From positions 9,891-73,890 of the forward strand of contig CAVUAO010000003.1 in the NCBI GenBank assembly GCA_963739515.1: 64,000 nucleotides of DNA. Direction: 5' to 3'. The position numbers and the translations under genes were made by a program. This DNA is from an uncultured Chloroflexia bacterium (GTDB taxonomy: Bacteria > Chloroflexota > Dehalococcoidia > Dehalococcoidales > RBG-16-60-22). The notes under the pieces were generated by a model. That model was given only the letters and a program-made list of their open reading frames with translations, had not been told where the DNA came from and ran no database searches. Shown here piece by piece: positions 35,714 through 44,830 of this stretch (positions are counted from its first letter, which is position 1; each line of letters begins with the position of its first letter).

Positions 35714-36005
35714 ATCATCACACGCACTGATAAAAGCGACTACTTTGGATTGGCCCGTCGAGCTTTTCTCGGAATGTTTCTAAAGCTGGTGTATCTTGAA
35801 TTTCCAGTGTCATAAAATTTCTCCGGTCGCGACGCTTACGGCAGGGTTACAAACAGTTCATCCGCAAAGAATGTTACGACCGCAGCCCGAAGACGAATAG
35901 CGGGACAGCCCCGATATTACCTGGGTGACACCCCTCATTATCGCCGGGGATGGCCTCCACTAAATCCTTTTGTATCCCCCATTTCAACGGTGTATACTGA
36001 GATAA

Positions 36006-36407
36006 ATGGGCGGTAAAAGAACGGCAGACGAAGAGAGCGGGATAGATGAACTGATGCGGCTTTCGCGTCAGTTTACCCGGCAGCAGGAAGAGCACGAGGC
36101 CAAAGAGAAGCAGCGAGCAGTCCAGGGGAAAAAGGTGAGGGGCGTGCTGCAGGGACTGAAAGAGCTCAATCTATCCATGGCCATCGACCAGCTCAAGGCG
36201 ATATCCAAACCGGAAATCGTGAAGCAGGTGAGCGCGCTGCGCAGCCAAGAGAACACCGACAACCTGCGCAAAATGATCACCAGCATCGCCGACGACCTGG
36301 AAAACCGGCTCCACGCTATCCCGGCGTCAAAGACCGAAACGGCATCGCTTTGCAACTCCATGAGAACCCTGAGCATCCTCATGGACCTGTACTTTTCTTT
36401 CCACTAA
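36006..36407 (+). CDS. Hypothetical coiled-coil protein
   Basis: 133-aa ORF, charged and helical, with no domain recognised. The -10-like TATACT ends 7 nt before the ATG. Confidence 0.45.
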   Translation: MGGKRTADEESGIDELMRLSRQFTRQQEEHEAKEKQRAVQGKKVRGVLQGLKELNLSMAIDQLKAISKPEIVKQVSALRSQENTDNLRKMITSIADDLENRLHAIPASKTETASLCNSMRTLSILMDLYFSFH

Positions 36408-36480
36408 CCAGAGTCGGCGGTAAGATATTTTACTTGCCGATTTTTCACAGGTATAATATAAGAGTCTACGTATTTTTCTT

Positions 36481-39400
36481 TTGAAGCGAGTCCATTTTAT
36501 GAAACTTGGCATCGACATCGGCTCGGTGACGGCCAAAGCCGTCGTCCTCGATAAAAACGACAATATCATCGAGTCCAAATACGTCCGCACCAAGGGCCAG
36601 CCGATAGAGACCGCCCTGGCGATACTGGAAGACATTTTCAACAGATACCCGCCCGCTCAATTTGAAATCGCCGCAGCTACCGGCACCGGCGGACAGTTTA
36701 TCGCCAACCTGCTGGGCATACCCTTTATTAACGAAATCACTGCCCAGGCCGCCGGCACCGCCCGCTTCCATCCCGAGGTGCAGACTATATTAGAGATAGG
36801 CGGCGAGGACTCGAAACTCATCGTCCTGAAAAAAGAGTCGGACGCGGTCCTGCCCAAAGTTTCCGACTTCGCCATCAATGGAGTATGCGCGGCCGGCACC
36901 GGCTCGTTCCTCGACCAGCAGGCTTCGAGGATGGGCATCCCCATCGAGCAGTTCGGCGAGGTCGCCATGAAATCGGAGCACCCGCCCCGCGTGGCCGGAC
37001 GCTGCAGCGTCTTTGCCAAGAGCGATATGATCCACCTGCAGCAGGTAGGCACGCCGGTGCACGACATCGTCGCGGGCCTCTGCTTCGCCATGATACGCAA
37101 CTTCAAGGGACAGGTCATACGGGGTCGCGACCTGGGCAAGCCCATTTCATTCCAGGGCGGGGTGGCCGCCAACAAGGGCATCCGGAGAGCCCTGCTGGAA
37201 GTGCTGGAAATCAAAGAAAGCGACCTGATTATCCCGGAATATTTTGCTGTGCTGGGGGCAGCCGGGGCGGCCATGGTCAGCCCGGCAGGCACGCTGCCCG
37301 ACGACTCTCTCCAGCGCCTGCGGGACTATATCGCCCGGAGGGAACATAAGTTTATCACGCTGCCGTCTTTACAGGGCGACGACTATCCGATAGAAATCGG
37401 GGCGGTGAAAGTAGAATCGGCTGAACCGATCGAAGCGTATATCGGGGTGGATATCGGCTCGATAAGCACGAACGTCGTGGTGATCGACCGGGCAAATAAC
37501 GTCCTGGCGCGGCGCTACCTGATGACGGCGAGTCGGCCTATCGAAGCCGTCAAGCAGGGACTATTGGAAGTGGGGCGGGAGCTGGGGGATAAAGTCGTCA
37601 TCAAAGGCACCGGCTCAACGGGGTCGGGGCGGTATATGACGGGCGAGTTCTTCGGGGCCGACGTCATCCACAACGAAATCACCAGCCATGCCAAAGCGGC
37701 TTCCTTCGTGTGCCCTGAGGTGGATACGATATTTGAAATCGGTGGGCAGGACGCCAAGTACATCAGCCTGCAGAACGGCACCATCATCGATTTCGCCATG
37801 AACAAGGTCTGCGCCGCGGGCACCGGCTCCTTCCTCGAAGAGCAGGCGGAAAAGCTCGGTATTAAAATTGAGGAAGAGTTCGGCGACCTGGGGCTGGCAT
37901 CCCAACACCCGCTGGACCTGGGCGAGCGCTGTACGGTTTTCATGGAGAGCCAGCAGAACTACTATAAACAAAGGGGCGCCGACAAAAAAGACCTCGTGGC
38001 GGGGCTGGCTTACTCCGTCGTAAAAAACTACCTGACGAAAGTGGTCGAAGACCGGAAAATCGGCGAGCACATCCTTTTCCAGGGCGGCACCGCCTTCAAC
38101 CGGGCGGTCAAGGCTGCCTTCGAAGCCGTACTCGGCAAGAAAATCACCGTGCCGCCCCAGCATGACATCCTGGGGGCCGTCGGCGTAGCGATGCTGGCGA
38201 AAGAAGAGATAGACGCCAGCGGCCGGCCAACGCGCTTCCGCGGCTTCGACCTGGCCAGTCGAAACTACGAGCTATCATCATTCGAATGCGAGGGATGCTC
38301 CAACCGCTGCGAAATCCATAAGGTCGTTTTCGAGGGTGAGAAGCCGCTATTCTACGGCTCCCGCTGCGGCAAGTGGGACAGCGCCGAGAAGAAAGAAAGG
38401 CGCCAGTCCTCAAAGATCCCGCGACTTTTCGAGGAGCGTGCCCAAAAGCTGCTTAATATCTATCCCAAAGACAAACCCGATAGCCCTAACGGCAGGACGG
38501 TGGGCATACCGCGCGTCCTGTTTTTCCACGAGCTTTACCCGCTCTGGAAAGCCTTTTTCACCGAGCTCGGCTTCCAGGTGTTACTCTCCGACCCCACCAA
38601 CCGCCACATCATCCGCCAAGGCGTCGAAAACATCGTCGAAGAGCCGTGCCTGCCCATCAAGCTGGCTCACGGGCATGTCCTCGACCTGCTGGAAAAAGAG
38701 CCGGACTTCATCTTCCTGCCCGTCCAGTGCACCATGGAAAAGCTCTCCGACGACTTCCATAAAAGCTGGAACTGCCCGCTCACCCAGAGCCTGCCCTTCA
38801 TCCTGCTCAGCTCCACGCGGATCAGGGAAGCCGTCGCGGCGCCGCAGGGGAAACAACCGAAAATTTTACAACCAGTCATCCACCCCGACCGCGGCCGCGA
38901 CTGGCTGAAACGGATTTTACGGGAATCGGCTAAAGACGCCGGGATTAATTCTAAAGCACTTATCGATAAAGCCATCGAAGCTGGTTTCAAGGCCCTCGAT
39001 GAATTCAATAGCTGGCAGGAGAACCGTGGTAAAGAAATACTCTCGCAGCTTAAGCCCGGGGAAAAAGCCATCGTCGTTATCGGGCGGGCCTATAACACCT
39101 ACGACGAGGCCATGACGCTTAACATCCCGGAAAAACTGCGGGATATGAACATGCTGGCGATTCCGCTGGACTTCCTGCCGCTGGCGTCGGTGGCCGGGGA
39201 GGTCAGCCAGAGCCACCCCAACATGTACTGGAAAGCCGGCCAGAAAATACTCTGCGCCGGCAGGATTATCGCGCGGGACCCGCGGCTGTTCGGGCTCTAC
39301 GTGACCAACTTCGCCTGCGGGCCCGATTCGTACCTGACGCGATTCTTCAGCAAGGAGACCGAGGGCAAGCCCTTCCTGACGATAGAAATCGACGAGCATT

Positions 39401-40728
39401 CCGCCGACGCCGGCATCATCACGCGCTGCGAAGCATTCATCGACACGATACGCAACGCCCGGACGCACGGCACGAGCAAATATGTGCCGCTGGTCAGTAT
39501 TTCCTCGAACCACACCGGCCAACGGCATGTCTACATACCCTATATGATCGACCACGGCTACATCCTGGCCGCCGCCATGAGGCACGGCGGCGTCGATGCC
39601 GAGCCCCTGCCAGAATCGGACCACCTGACGCTGGAGACGGGCCGCAAGTACACCACGGGCAAGGAATGCTATCCCAGCATCATCACCACCGGGGACATCG
39701 TCAAGAAGACGCAGGCGCCGGACTTCAACCCCGAAAAAGCCGCCTTTTTCATGCCGGCCGCCAGCGGGCCCTGCCGCTTTGGGCAATATAACCGCCTGCA
39801 CCGCCTGATACTCGACGACCTGGGACTCCAGCAGGTACCCATCCTCGTTTTCGACCAGACCGGAGGCTATCACCGGGACATGGCGTCACTGGGGAGGGGT
39901 TTCCGCCTCCACGCCTGGAGGGCCATAAGCATACTCGACGCGATGCAGAAAATGGTGCTGGAGAGGCGTCCCTACGAGGTCAACCAGGGCGAGACCGACG
40001 CCGTTTATAAAGAGCGACTGGAAGCCCTGATAAAGAACACCGGGCAGGACGCCGACGTTCTAAGGCTATTTTCCCACAAAGCGAGAGAGTCTTTCGAAGG
40101 GATAAAAACAGATAAAAGTTCGCCGAAACCGCGCATAGGAATCGTCGGGGAGATATTCGTCAGGAGCAACCAGTTCGCCAACGACGGGCTCATCCGCAAG
40201 CTGGAAGCGCTCGGGGCGCAATGCGGCGTACCGCCGCTCGAAGAATGGCTGGACTACATCGACCACCAGCGCAAGAGACGCAACCGGCTGCACCTTGAGG
40301 GCGGCTGGAAAGACTGGGCCAGGCAAAAGCTGACCGAAATCGTCATGGAAAGGGTCGCCGAGCCCTTACGTAAAGAATTCGACGCCTCGATAGAGTCGTT
40401 CCAACGCGAGCTGCCCACGCAGGGAATTCTCGACCGGGGACGTCAATACCTGACGCCGGCCGTGGAGGGGGAAGCCATCCTGAGCATGGGGCGAGTGGTG
40501 GAATACGCGGAGCACGGCTTCGACGGAATCGTGAACATCCTGCCGTTCGGGTGCATGCCGGGGACAATCGTTAGTCTGCTTTTGCACCAGTTCCGGCGGG
40601 ACTACGGCCTGCCGGTGCTGAACGTGGTGGTGGAGGGGACGAAAGACCCGGGCGAGGCGATAAGGTTCGAGGCGTTCATCCAGCAGGCGCGGGAGCATAT
40701 GCTTCAGCGCGGGGCTATCACTTCATAG
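36481..40728 (+). CDS. Giant fusion protein: two BcrA/BadF/HgdC-type (acyl-CoA dehydratase activase) ATPase modules plus a dehydratase-like/DUF2229 C-terminal half
   Basis: 1415 aa. Modules begin KLGIDIGSVTAKAVVLD and YIGVDIGSISTNVVVID, each with the cluster-helix motif CAAGTGSFL. They are followed by CEGCSNRCEI and a long C-terminal region. The likely true start is ATG 36499. Confidence 0.9.
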   Translation: MKRVHFMKLGIDIGSVTAKAVVLDKNDNIIESKYVRTKGQPIETALAILEDIFNRYPPAQFEIAAATGTGGQFIANLLGIPFINEITAQAAGTARFHPEVQTILEIGGEDSKLIVLKKESDAVLPKVSDFAINGVCAAGTGSFLDQQASRMGIPIEQFGEVAMKSEHPPRVAGRCSVFAKSDMIHLQQVGTPVHDIVAGLCFAMIRNFKGQVIRGRDLGKPISFQGGVAANKGIRRALLEVLEIKESDLIIPEYFAVLGAAGAAMVSPAGTLPDDSLQRLRDYIARREHKFITLPSLQGDDYPIEIGAVKVESAEPIEAYIGVDIGSISTNVVVIDRANNVLARRYLMTASRPIEAVKQGLLEVGRELGDKVVIKGTGSTGSGRYMTGEFFGADVIHNEITSHAKAASFVCPEVDTIFEIGGQDAKYISLQNGTIIDFAMNKVCAAGTGSFLEEQAEKLGIKIEEEFGDLGLASQHPLDLGERCTVFMESQQNYYKQRGADKKDLVAGLAYSVVKNYLTKVVEDRKIGEHILFQGGTAFNRAVKAAFEAVLGKKITVPPQHDILGAVGVAMLAKEEIDASGRPTRFRGFDLASRNYELSSFECEGCSNRCEIHKVVFEGEKPLFYGSRCGKWDSAEKKERRQSSKIPRLFEERAQKLLNIYPKDKPDSPNGRTVGIPRVLFFHELYPLWKAFFTELGFQVLLSDPTNRHIIRQGVENIVEEPCLPIKLAHGHVLDLLEKEPDFIFLPVQCTMEKLSDDFHKSWNCPLTQSLPFILLSSTRIREAVAAPQGKQPKILQPVIHPDRGRDWLKRILRESAKDAGINSKALIDKAIEAGFKALDEFNSWQENRGKEILSQLKPGEKAIVVIGRAYNTYDEAMTLNIPEKLRDMNMLAIPLDFLPLASVAGEVSQSHPNMYWKAGQKILCAGRIIARDPRLFGLYVTNFACGPDSYLTRFFSKETEGKPFLTIEIDEHSADAGIITRCEAFIDTIRNARTHGTSKYVPLVSISSNHTGQRHVYIPYMIDHGYILAAAMRHGGVDAEPLPESDHLTLETGRKYTTGKECYPSIITTGDIVKKTQAPDFNPEKAAFFMPAASGPCRFGQYNRLHRLILDDLGLQQVPILVFDQTGGYHRDMASLGRGFRLHAWRAISILDAMQKMVLERRPYEVNQGETDAVYKERLEALIKNTGQDADVLRLFSHKARESFEGIKTDKSSPKPRIGIVGEIFVRSNQFANDGLIRKLEALGAQCGVPPLEEWLDYIDHQRKRRNRLHLEGGWKDWARQKLTEIVMERVAEPLRKEFDASIESFQRELPTQGILDRGRQYLTPAVEGEAILSMGRVVEYAEHGFDGIVNILPFGCMPGTIVSLLLHQFRRDYGLPVLNVVVEGTKDPGEAIRFEAFIQQAREHMLQRGAITS

Positions 40729-41011
40729 CCTTCATCACCTCACCCACTTCTTTCAGGGACAGCACCGAGTGTACCTTACCCCTAATATAGGGTGTAAACT
40801 GCATGGAAATCTTAAGCACGTCAGCTTCAGTCCCTTCAACTATGCTGTATCCCGCATCACCCCCTGGAAATAATCCCCAATCCTTTACCTGACGTTCATT
40901 CAGCGCCTTTTTCGTCATCTCCATCATCTTACCCAGCAATTCTGCCCGCTGTTTGGGGTCGGCCGGCGTATACCCCGGCACCCCTTCCCATAAAACTAAG
41001 AATTTGGACAT
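40718..41011 (-). CDS. Small alpha/beta protein (DUF3303-like by recollection)
   Basis: 97 aa. MSKFLVLWEGVPGYTPADPKQRAELLGKMMEM… Its stop overlaps the end of the giant gene on the opposite strand. Confidence 0.45.
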   Translation of the reverse strand: MSKFLVLWEGVPGYTPADPKQRAELLGKMMEMTKKALNERQVKDWGLFPGGDAGYSIVEGTEADVLKISMQFTPYIRGKVHSVLSLKEVGEVMKAMK

Positions 41012-41038
41012 TTTAATACTCCTTTTCTGCCTATATTT

Positions 41039-41455
41039 TTATTGTGCCGAAATAGGGATACCTAATGCCCGATACAAGGCATGAGGGTCAACAGGTACTA
41101 CTTCTGCTTCCTTGCCATCTTTAAAGCGGTAAAAGTAAGCCGCTGTTAAATTAAATTGCTTGCCGGTCGGCGTAAAGTCTCCGAGCTTACCCTTGAACGT
41201 ACCCCGAATTGAAAGACATACCGCCACCTTGTCGCCTTCGGCGACTATGTCATCAACTTTAAAGTGAATATCAGGGATAGCGGCGCGGGTCATGGTGATC
41301 ATTTGCTTGAAGCCATCCTGGCCAGTATATCGTCCAAAAGGGCTATTAAAGATAAAATTTTTAGCGATGAGTTCAGAAATTATCGCCAGATTTCCTTTAT
41401 TGAATACCTCTTCATAAATACGGCGTAGAGCAACCTTATTTTTTGATGCAGACAT
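41039..41455 (-). CDS. SnoaL-like predicted ester cyclase (paralog 1)
   Basis: 138 aa. …NKVALRRIYEEVFNKGNLAIISELIAKNFIF…FKVDDIVAEGDKVAV…. Confidence 0.8.
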   Translation of the reverse strand: MSASKNKVALRRIYEEVFNKGNLAIISELIAKNFIFNSPFGRYTGQDGFKQMITMTRAAIPDIHFKVDDIVAEGDKVAVCLSIRGTFKGKLGDFTPTGKQFNLTAAYFYRFKDGKEAEVVPVDPHALYRALGIPISAQ

Positions 41456-41484
41456 AGTTTTTCCCCATATTTATTTCGAATAAA

Positions 41485-41904
41485 TTACCCCGGAGGTTTA
41501 ATGCCCAACTGCCGGTACCAATCAAGCATATCCATATACGTCCAGGCTTCCAGCTGCCTGGCGCCTTTGCCGTGTCGGGATAATACCACCGCCGATATTT
41601 CGACTTTTTTCCCGGTAGGGGCGACGCCCATGAGTTCGCCTTTAAACGTACCGCCGTAAGTAAGGAACGCCGCGACCATATCGTCTTCGGCAACCAACCT
41701 ATCGATCTTCACGTGCAGGTCCGGGAAAGCCTTTTTATACGCGTCCATGTTCTGCTTAAATCCTTCCGGACCTTTGATGTCAGTCCCCGCATAGTGATAC
41801 ACGTAATCAGGCATAAAAAGTTCATCTAATAACGATATTTTGCCCTTAACATATACTTCGTCTATCAGGCGCTGGACATTGGCTTTGTTTTTTGATGTAG
41901 ACAT
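41485..41904 (-). CDS. SnoaL-like predicted ester cyclase (paralog 2)
   Basis: 139 aa. …NKANVQRLIDEVYVKGKISLLDELFMPDYVYH…VKIDRLVAEDDMVAA… Clearly homologous to the neighbouring gene. Confidence 0.8.
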   Translation of the reverse strand: MSTSKNKANVQRLIDEVYVKGKISLLDELFMPDYVYHYAGTDIKGPEGFKQNMDAYKKAFPDLHVKIDRLVAEDDMVAAFLTYGGTFKGELMGVAPTGKKVEISAVVLSRHGKGARQLEAWTYMDMLDWYRQLGIKPPG

Positions 41905-42172
41905 TTGATTAACCTCCTATTATTGAATTTCATTTATAAGCTATAAACCAATTTTCCTTTTTTCAATAGGCATTACCTCCTAAATCTTTTTAAGCCAATA
42001 AAAAAGGTCGACAGCCGCCGCTAAAAAAGCGGTACCGGCGACCCTGTTTCTCCCCATCAGACACCTTCGCTGGCTATGGATTTTATGTCATGTTCATATC
42101 GGCGAGATATAATATAATAATTCATTAACAATTGTCAACAATAGTGACGGAATATCGGCTACTTTGAAAAAT

Positions 42173-42488
42173 AGATTCTCACATCGTCCTTCCAAAGGAA
42201 GGACTCCTCAGAATGACAGAGGGGGCGGGGGGAGAAAGGGGCTGGATTCCATCTTGCGCGGGAATGACAGATTTAATTTGAGAATGGGGTGTTTAAGAGG
42301 GGCTGCGCCCCTCTTTCTTTTTTACTCCCCCTCTCCTGCCAGGAGAGGGGGATACAAGGGGGTGAGGTAGAAAAAACAACGGATTCTTCGCTACGCTCAG
42401 AATGACAGAAGGGGGGAATCCTTCGACAGGCTCAGGATGAGCGGGGAGAAAGGGGGGTACGGATTGCTTCGCGGAGCTCGCAATGACA
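42173..42488. repeat. Largest cluster of intergenic hairpin repeat modules (four family-2 copies, inverted family-1 and family-3 copies, one TTCGACAGGCTCAGGATGA module)
   Basis: Family 2 at 42173-42218, 42244-42269, 42381-42407 and 42461-42488. Inverted family 1 at 42291-42315. Inverted family 3 at 42327-42366. Confidence 0.85.
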
Positions 42489-42496
42489 GAGAGAGG

Positions 42497-43648
42497 CTAT
42501 TTGACGATAGATTCTTCCTCGCCGTAGAAGCGCTCTTTCCAGGTTACGCCGGCGCCGACCAGCCAGCGCGCGAATGAGTAGACAACGACCACGAAGATAT
42601 AGCCGATGCCGAGCAAATGCAGCCAAGTGGAAACAGCTGACTGTTTAAAGCGATTATCCACGAGCCAGCGCATGAAAATAATCAGACCGACCTGAAAGAC
42701 GACCAGGCCGCGCCAGAGCAAAGTGGCTTCCGTCATAAAAAAGCCGTTCCAGAGCCAATAGAACGGCCCGATATAAAATAGCCAAGCCAGGGGCACCAAC
42801 AGCAACAGCATGATGGGGGATATCGCGGTAACGGAATAGACACAGCGCACCAGCCCGGTCCACATTGACACGGCCGTGGGGTACATATTACACGAGACCA
42901 CCGAGGAAAGGTCGACGGCCACGTGGCGTCCGCCGTGGCGGGACACCTCGATGCCCATCCAGACATCTTCCAGAATCCGGCCTTGCACCACCTTATGCCC
43001 GCCGATACGCCAGTACTCATCGCGGGAAAAGAAAAGGAACTGGCCGATAGCCACCGAAGGGCGGGTCGATTTTAAACGATGAATCAGCCAGAGCGGCGCC
43101 CAGCCCATGATGATGAAATAGATCACCGGGACGGCTATTTTCTGGGGCAGGGACTGGGTCAGCTGGCGGGGAAAACCCGAAAGCAATGAGACTTTCAGCT
43201 TGAGCGCGGTTTCCAGCACCGAGCGCAGCATGTGAGGGGCATGAACCGTATCGGCATCGACGAACAAAAGCCAGTCGCCGGAGGCACGCTGGGCCAGCTG
43301 GTAGCAGGCGAAAGGCTTTCCCGCCCAATCGGCGGGGAGGGGCGCCCCGGTGATAAGCTTGAAGCGATTGTCCCCGGCCGCGATGCGGTTGACGATAGCC
43401 GCCGTGGCGTCCGCCGAATTATCGTCCAGGACCAGCACTTCAAAATTGGGATAGTCCTGCTGCCGTAAAGATTCCAGGCAAGCCGCGATATTGGCTTCTT
43501 CATCCCGGGCGGGAATCAGGATGGAGATAAGCGGGGCCGGACGAGGCGTTTTACCATGCCGGAGCGGCGTCTTGAGGCTGCGCAGATTAAGCAAGAGGTT
43601 AGCCAGAAAAACTAAAAGGCCGGCGGCGATGATAATTTGATACAGCAT
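42497..43648 (-). CDS. Family 2 glycosyltransferase with C-terminal TM helices
   Basis: …ISILIPARDEEANIAACLESLRQQDYPNFEVLVLDDNSADAT…FVDADT… The start is taken as MLYQIII (43648), just after the plsY stop. Confidence 0.85.
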   Translation of the reverse strand: MLYQIIIAAGLLVFLANLLLNLRSLKTPLRHGKTPRPAPLISILIPARDEEANIAACLESLRQQDYPNFEVLVLDDNSADATAAIVNRIAAGDNRFKLITGAPLPADWAGKPFACYQLAQRASGDWLLFVDADTVHAPHMLRSVLETALKLKVSLLSGFPRQLTQSLPQKIAVPVIYFIIMGWAPLWLIHRLKSTRPSVAIGQFLFFSRDEYWRIGGHKVVQGRILEDVWMGIEVSRHGGRHVAVDLSSVVSCNMYPTAVSMWTGLVRCVYSVTAISPIMLLLLVPLAWLFYIGPFYWLWNGFFMTEATLLWRGLVVFQVGLIIFMRWLVDNRFKQSAVSTWLHLLGIGYIFVVVVYSFARWLVGAGVTWKERFYGEEESIVK

Positions 43649-43661
43649 ATCGGTCCTGCCA

Positions 43662-44294
43662 CTACACGGACGTGGTCCCCCGCAATATCGACTGGAGCCA
43701 GCGGACAAGCCTCCCGCGGAAACGGGGTAGAGAATGCAAATTATCAAAATACTTGAAAACGAACAAAGACAGTATACAGAACACTAAAAGAATTATCACA
43801 TAAGGCTCGCCAACGATAGCCACGTAAGCCAACGTGGCGGCGGCGCTGAGCACCACTATCCAGGAATCGTTTTCAACAAACATAAATCCGGCGATAAAAA
43901 AGGCGATATAGGCGAGCAGCACCTCGTGTTGAGATAAACCGATCATGACACCGAAGCTAATCGCCACCGCCTTGCCGCCGTGCCAGCGCAAAAAGGGAGA
44001 GAAAGCGTGGCCCAGCACGGCGCTCAAAGCCACGACGACGACAGACAAATCGGACAGATGCAGCCAGGCATGGGCCAGAAAAACGAACGGCACGCCCTTG
44101 ATAATATCCAGAACGACGGCCAGAAGGCCCGTTTTTTGACCGCCCGCCCGGAAGACGTTAACCGAGCCTGGATTGCCATCGCCGTATTCCTGTATGTTTT
44201 TCTTCAGGAACAGGCGGCCGATAATCACCGAGAAAGGCACGGCGCCCAGAATAAACGCGCCTATCGCCAACAATGCCGTAGAGAGTATATCCAT
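43662..44294 (-). CDS. plsY: Glycerol-3-phosphate acyltransferase PlsY
   Basis: …GAVPFSVIIGRLFLKKNIQEYGDGNPGSVNVFRAGG…DIIKG…HAFSPFLRWHGGKAVA… are PlsY motifs. Confidence 0.9.
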   Translation of the reverse strand: MDILSTALLAIGAFILGAVPFSVIIGRLFLKKNIQEYGDGNPGSVNVFRAGGQKTGLLAVVLDIIKGVPFVFLAHAWLHLSDLSVVVVALSAVLGHAFSPFLRWHGGKAVAISFGVMIGLSQHEVLLAYIAFFIAGFMFVENDSWIVVLSAAATLAYVAIVGEPYVIILLVFCILSLFVFKYFDNLHSLPRFRGRLVRWLQSILRGTTSV

Positions 44295-44365
44295 GCACTA
44301 AAGCTCCCAACGGGCAAAAATACCTTGCGGTTCTGGGTATACCATAAACTAAACCGAGGCAATAG

Positions 44366-44830
44366 TCAAGCGCCGTCAGCGGCGCGGCGCCGGCGTATCA
44401 GTTTAAACAGGTAAAAAATACCGGTAACGCAAAACCCCAGGGCACCGAATAACAAGCTCATCGGCACCGCCAGCAGGATAAGATTGGACATGATGACGTG
44501 AAAAACGTGCCAGACAGCATTGTCCGCGGCTTTGGGGCCGCCAATCCATTGCGCCAGGGGCCACGCGATTACCATATATATGAACGAAAGGAAGATAGCA
44601 CCGCAAAACGCAGCGGCCAGCAGGATGAGAAAATACCAGGGATTGCGCCATTTACGCGCCAGGGCCACCAGCGCGACAATCACGGCGATCCAGCCCAGGA
44701 TAATGCCGGTGGGGTTATCCAGCCCGACCAGAATAGCGGCCAATACCATAAAGACGAAAGATATTAAGTAGGGCCGGTTCCGGGGCAGCCGTATTAAAGC
44801 TTTGAACCTATCCTTGATATTCGACGTCAT
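44366..44830 (-). CDS. Hypothetical polytopic membrane protein
   Basis: 154-aa ORF with four hydrophobic helices and no recognisable domain. Confidence 0.5.
   Translation of the reverse strand: MTSNIKDRFKALIRLPRNRPYLISFVFMVLAAILVGLDNPTGIILGWIAVIVALVALARKWRNPWYFLILLAAAFCGAIFLSFIYMVIAWPLAQWIGGPKAADNAVWHVFHVIMSNLILLAVPMSLLFGALGFCVTGIFYLFKLIRRRRAADGA

Noticed and set aside
42173-42488. Possibility that the repeat clusters (6.1, 9.2, 13.2, 16.0, 18.6, 42.3, 50.6 kb) are CRISPR arrays
   Set aside because: There is no single repeat of constant length recurring at constant spacing. The clusters are mosaics of at least three different palindromic modules in mixed orientation, and no cas genes are present.
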